This document shows positions 61,144 to 64,000 of a stretch of 64,000 nt of DNA, piece after piece (position 1 is the first letter of the stretch; each line of letters starts with the position of its first letter). Under the pieces are notes generated by a model that was not told the origin of the DNA, ran no database searches, and was given only the letters and a program-made list of their open reading frames with translations. The DNA lies in contig CBDCCZ010000001.1 of assembly GCA_965215005.1 (NCBI GenBank), positions 160,001-224,000 of the forward strand. Direction: 5' to 3'. Position numbers and translations under genes: made by a program. The DNA comes from Kofleriaceae bacterium. Lineage in GTDB: Bacteria > Myxococcota_A > Polyangia > Haliangiales > Haliangiaceae.

Positions 61144-62397
61144 ATGCATGAAGTTGCTGCTTACTCGACGGTCGCGATGACGCTCGGGCTCGTCGTCGCT
61201 CGGCCCCGGGTCGGCACCAGCCTTCGCCTCAGCCCTGCGATGGCTGCGGTGTTTGGCGTGTTAGCGATGGTCGCCTTGGGCATCGTCGAGCCGCACCATT
61301 TGCTCCGCGCGGCGACCAGCCTATGGCGGCCGTTCGTCGCTATCGCGGCGATCATGGTCATGACCGACGTAGCGATGCGGGTCGGGTTGCTCGATTTGTG
61401 GGCGGCGCGCGTCGAGCATCATGCACGCTCCACCGCGCACCTCTTCTTTCTAGTGTTTGGGCTTGGTGTCATTACGTCCGCCACCCTCAACAACGACGCT
61501 GCAATCTTGCTGCTGACGCCACTGGTCGTTGCGATGGTCAGGCGCCTCTATCCGCATCGGCCAAGGCTGATTGTGCCATTTGCCTTTGCCGTATTCATGT
61601 CGGCTGGGGTGGCCGCGCTGCCAGTTTCGAACCCGATGAACATGGTGGTGTCGGAGTTCTCGGGCATCGGCTTCAACGAGTACACCCTGCGGATGGCGCC
61701 GGTGGCCGCGGCCGGATGGATCATCGCGTTTCTGCTGGTGCGCGGCTGGTTTGCCGTCGAGCTGCGCGAGCCTCTGGAGCCGCAGAACGAACGTCCTCTC
61801 GTGGCTGCGTCGCGCGCGCAAGCACTGATGATGGCGCTGCTGGCAGCTGTGCTGCTGTCCTACGGGATCATTGGGTACTTTGGCGGTCCGGTGTGGATTG
61901 TGGCTACTGGCGGCGCGGCATTAGCGTTGTTCTTGGCGGCCCGTGCTACTCCGGTAACGCCGATACAGATTCTCGGCGCGGGTGTCTGTTGGGGAACACT
62001 GTTGTTCCTGTTGGCGGTGCTGGTTCTGTCCATGGGGCTGTTCGAGGTCGGCTTGGTCGATCGACTGGAGGCGCTTTACCAGAATGCAGGGCTTGGCACG
62101 ATCGGTGTTGCATCGGCGCTGGGTTCCGCTGTGCTCAACAACCATCCGATGTCCCACCTCAATATGATGGCGCTCGAAGGCGCGGCGGCGGGCAAGCTAG
62201 GCGTCCTCGCGGCGTTGGTGGGCGGAGATCTCGGGCCTCGACTGTTGCCGATGGGATCACTCGCTGGGCTGCTTTGGCTCGAGATGTTGCGCCGTAATGG
62301 CGTCGAGATCGGCATTGGCCGGTTCGTGACCATCGGCGTCGTCGTTACGATACCGACGATGGCTGCTTCCCTCGCTATTCTGTCGCTGTTTGCCTGA
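61144..62397 (+). CDS. ArsB/NhaD (IT superfamily) ion transporter
   Basis: NNDAAILLLTP, LPVSNPMN, NNHP, GPRLLPMGSLAGLLW; many TMs. Confidence 0.88.
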   Translation: MHEVAAYSTVAMTLGLVVARPRVGTSLRLSPAMAAVFGVLAMVALGIVEPHHLLRAATSLWRPFVAIAAIMVMTDVAMRVGLLDLWAARVEHHARSTAHLFFLVFGLGVITSATLNNDAAILLLTPLVVAMVRRLYPHRPRLIVPFAFAVFMSAGVAALPVSNPMNMVVSEFSGIGFNEYTLRMAPVAAAGWIIAFLLVRGWFAVELREPLEPQNERPLVAASRAQALMMALLAAVLLSYGIIGYFGGPVWIVATGGAALALFLAARATPVTPIQILGAGVCWGTLLFLLAVLVLSMGLFEVGLVDRLEALYQNAGLGTIGVASALGSAVLNNHPMSHLNMMALEGAAAGKLGVLAALVGGDLGPRLLPMGSLAGLLWLEMLRRNGVEIGIGRFVTIGVVVTIPTMAASLAILSLFA

Positions 62398-62422
62398 GGC
62401 CGTGGCCACGGGTACTTAGCGC

Positions 62423-63301
62423 CTATATTGGCAACATCGAGTCGGGTAGAGACTTGTAGTCTTTGCGGTCTTTGAGCTCGCGGGCCGCGGTGAACACTGC
62501 CAGTGGAGAGTTTAGCTCGCGCCCTGGCCAGGCCTTGCGGAGATGCTCGACTAGCGTCGGCGATGAGGTTCGCAAGAACGGATTGGTGGCGGACTCGAGC
62601 GCAATCGTCGACGGTACCGAGGATCGGCCATTGGCTCGCAGGCTCCACGTTTGCCGGATGCGCGCGGCAAGTGCCGCGTTATCGGGTTCGATCGACCACG
62701 CGAACCGCAAGTTGTCTTGCGTGTACTCGTGCGCGCAAAACACGAGTGTTTCCTCCGCGAGTGCGGCTAAGCGCGTCAAGCTGGCGAACATCTTGGCTGG
62801 AGGGCCGTCGAAGAGATACCCGCAGCCGCCACCGAAGAGCGTGTCGCCACAGAACAGCGCGCCGTCGAACACGTAGGAGATGTGGCCGTCGAGATGGCCT
62901 TCCGTCGACATAACGCGGGCGCGCGCAGCTCCCACCGCGATGTTGTCGTCCTCATCGACGGCCTCATCGAGGCCAGGTACCGCGTCTGCCGCTCGGCGGG
63001 GACCGACCACGCGATAGCTGTCGAGCTCGCCACGACGCTCGAGCTCGCGATTGATCCCGACGTGATCGCCGTGGGTGTGGGTGTTGAGGATAGTGGTGAG
63101 CCGAAGGCTTTGCTTCTGGCAATAGGCCAACACCGGACCTGCCTCCGGACCATCGACTGCGGCGGTTTCGCCGGTTTTGGTGCAGACCACGAGCCACACC
63201 AGATTGTCGCGCCATACCGGAACCTGATGAACCTCTATCGCGCCGCTCGCAACCCGCTGAGGCGGACTCGGGTGTGTGACGGCATGCTCGCTGGTGGACA
63301 C
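62423..63301 (-). CDS. gloB: Hydroxyacylglutathione hydrolase (glyoxalase II)
   Basis: THTHGDHVG, GH..GH, FCGDTLF, CAHEYT, PSTIALE..TNPFLR; start approximate. Confidence 0.9.
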   Translation of the reverse strand: MSTSEHAVTHPSPPQRVASGAIEVHQVPVWRDNLVWLVVCTKTGETAAVDGPEAGPVLAYCQKQSLRLTTILNTHTHGDHVGINRELERRGELDSYRVVGPRRAADAVPGLDEAVDEDDNIAVGAARARVMSTEGHLDGHISYVFDGALFCGDTLFGGGCGYLFDGPPAKMFASLTRLAALAEETLVFCAHEYTQDNLRFAWSIEPDNAALAARIRQTWSLRANGRSSVPSTIALESATNPFLRTSSPTLVEHLRKAWPGRELNSPLAVFTAARELKDRKDYKSLPDSMLPI

Positions 63302-63382
63302 GCGGAGAACGTACCACGCTGGCCCGCCGAAGCCGCTGTGGTGACGCTTTGCCAACCCTCGAGGTGCCAGTAGGATTGCCCC

Positions 63383-64000
63383 ATGCGAGTACTGAACCTC
63401 GAGGGCACTCCCTCCGCGATGGGCGAAGCGTTTGGCCAGGCCTGTCGACACGAGATCCACGAATTTTATCGGCTGCGCTTGCACAACGCGATGCGGCAAG
63501 CGCTTCAGCATGGCGGCCGGGACGTCGGCGAGGCGCAGGCGCTGGCGATGGCACGTGCGTGCATCGAGCCGACTCGCGCTTACGATCCGGGCGGCTTTGA
63601 GGAGCTGCAAGGAATAGCGCGCGGCGCCGATATGCCCGTGGAGAAGGTCCTGGCGATGAATGGCCTCACCGACATCCGCGATGTTCTCGCATGGTATGGC
63701 GACCTCGAGTCGCTCGGCGGTTGTTCATCGTTCATCGTGGCCGGTGACATGACTGCCAATGGGCGGGCGTTGTGCGGACAGACCTGGGATCTTGCAACCG
63801 ACAACATGCCGTTCGTCCTCGGGGTAGTACGAAAGCCCGTCGAGGGGCCGAGTACTCGCTGCTTGACCACCGTCGGCTGCCTCTCACTGATCGGTATGAA
63901 CGAAGTTGGCATCGCGGTTGGCACTACGAACATCCGCACTACAGATTCCCGACCCGGGGTCACATATCTAAGCATCATTCACAAAGCTTTATCCCAGATG
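63383..64000 (+). CDS. C45-family Ntn-hydrolase/acyltransferase, partial (runs off window; absent from ORF track)
   Basis: My translation: MRVLNLEGTPSAMGEAFG...EELQGIARGA...GGCSSF...GQTWD...LIGMNEVGIAVGTT. Confidence 0.85.
   Translation, partial: MRVLNLEGTPSAMGEAFGQACRHEIHEFYRLRLHNAMRQALQHGGRDVGEAQALAMARACIEPTRAYDPGGFEELQGIARGADMPVEKVLAMNGLTDIRDVLAWYGDLESLGGCSSFIVAGDMTANGRALCGQTWDLATDNMPFVLGVVRKPVEGPSTRCLTTVGCLSLIGMNEVGIAVGTTNIRTTDSRPGVTYLSIIHKALSQM

Noticed and set aside
1..64000. CRISPR array, rRNA, retron/reverse transcriptase
   Set aside because: No regularly spaced repeats, rRNA-like sequence or RT motifs seen.

Overview
GC-rich bacterial DNA; the cysteine-rich lipoproteins and gene families suggest Myxococcota (inference). 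Positions 1 to ~45,190 form a composite integrated region that ends at a 3' fragment of a tRNA-Asp-like gene (att site); its left end lies outside the window. The region has three parts. (i) 1-18.6 kb is a prophage-like module with RusA, Bro, ArdA, an SF2 helicase, patatin, a lytic transglycosylase, a tyrosine recombinase, a transglutaminase-like protease, Arg-rich and membrane proteins, and two beta-rich candidate jelly-roll capsid proteins. No tail, portal or terminase genes are visible, so it may be a tailless, membrane-containing provirus. Six of its genes have a TTAA motif 48-50 nt upstream of a candidate start codon. (ii) 19-31 kb holds a Tc-like/RHS toxin locus with a Tox-REase-7-type tip and a HEAT-repeat immunity gene, followed by an IS3. 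(iii) 33-44.6 kb is a defence island: type I R-M plus M48 peptidase, then CD-NTase, Cap15 and a diadenylate-cyclase-domain gene coupled by a stop/start overlap. Right of the att site are an integrase remnant and ordinary chromosomal genes. Three apparent frameshifts may be assembly errors. All family calls come from motif recognition by eye; no searches were run.
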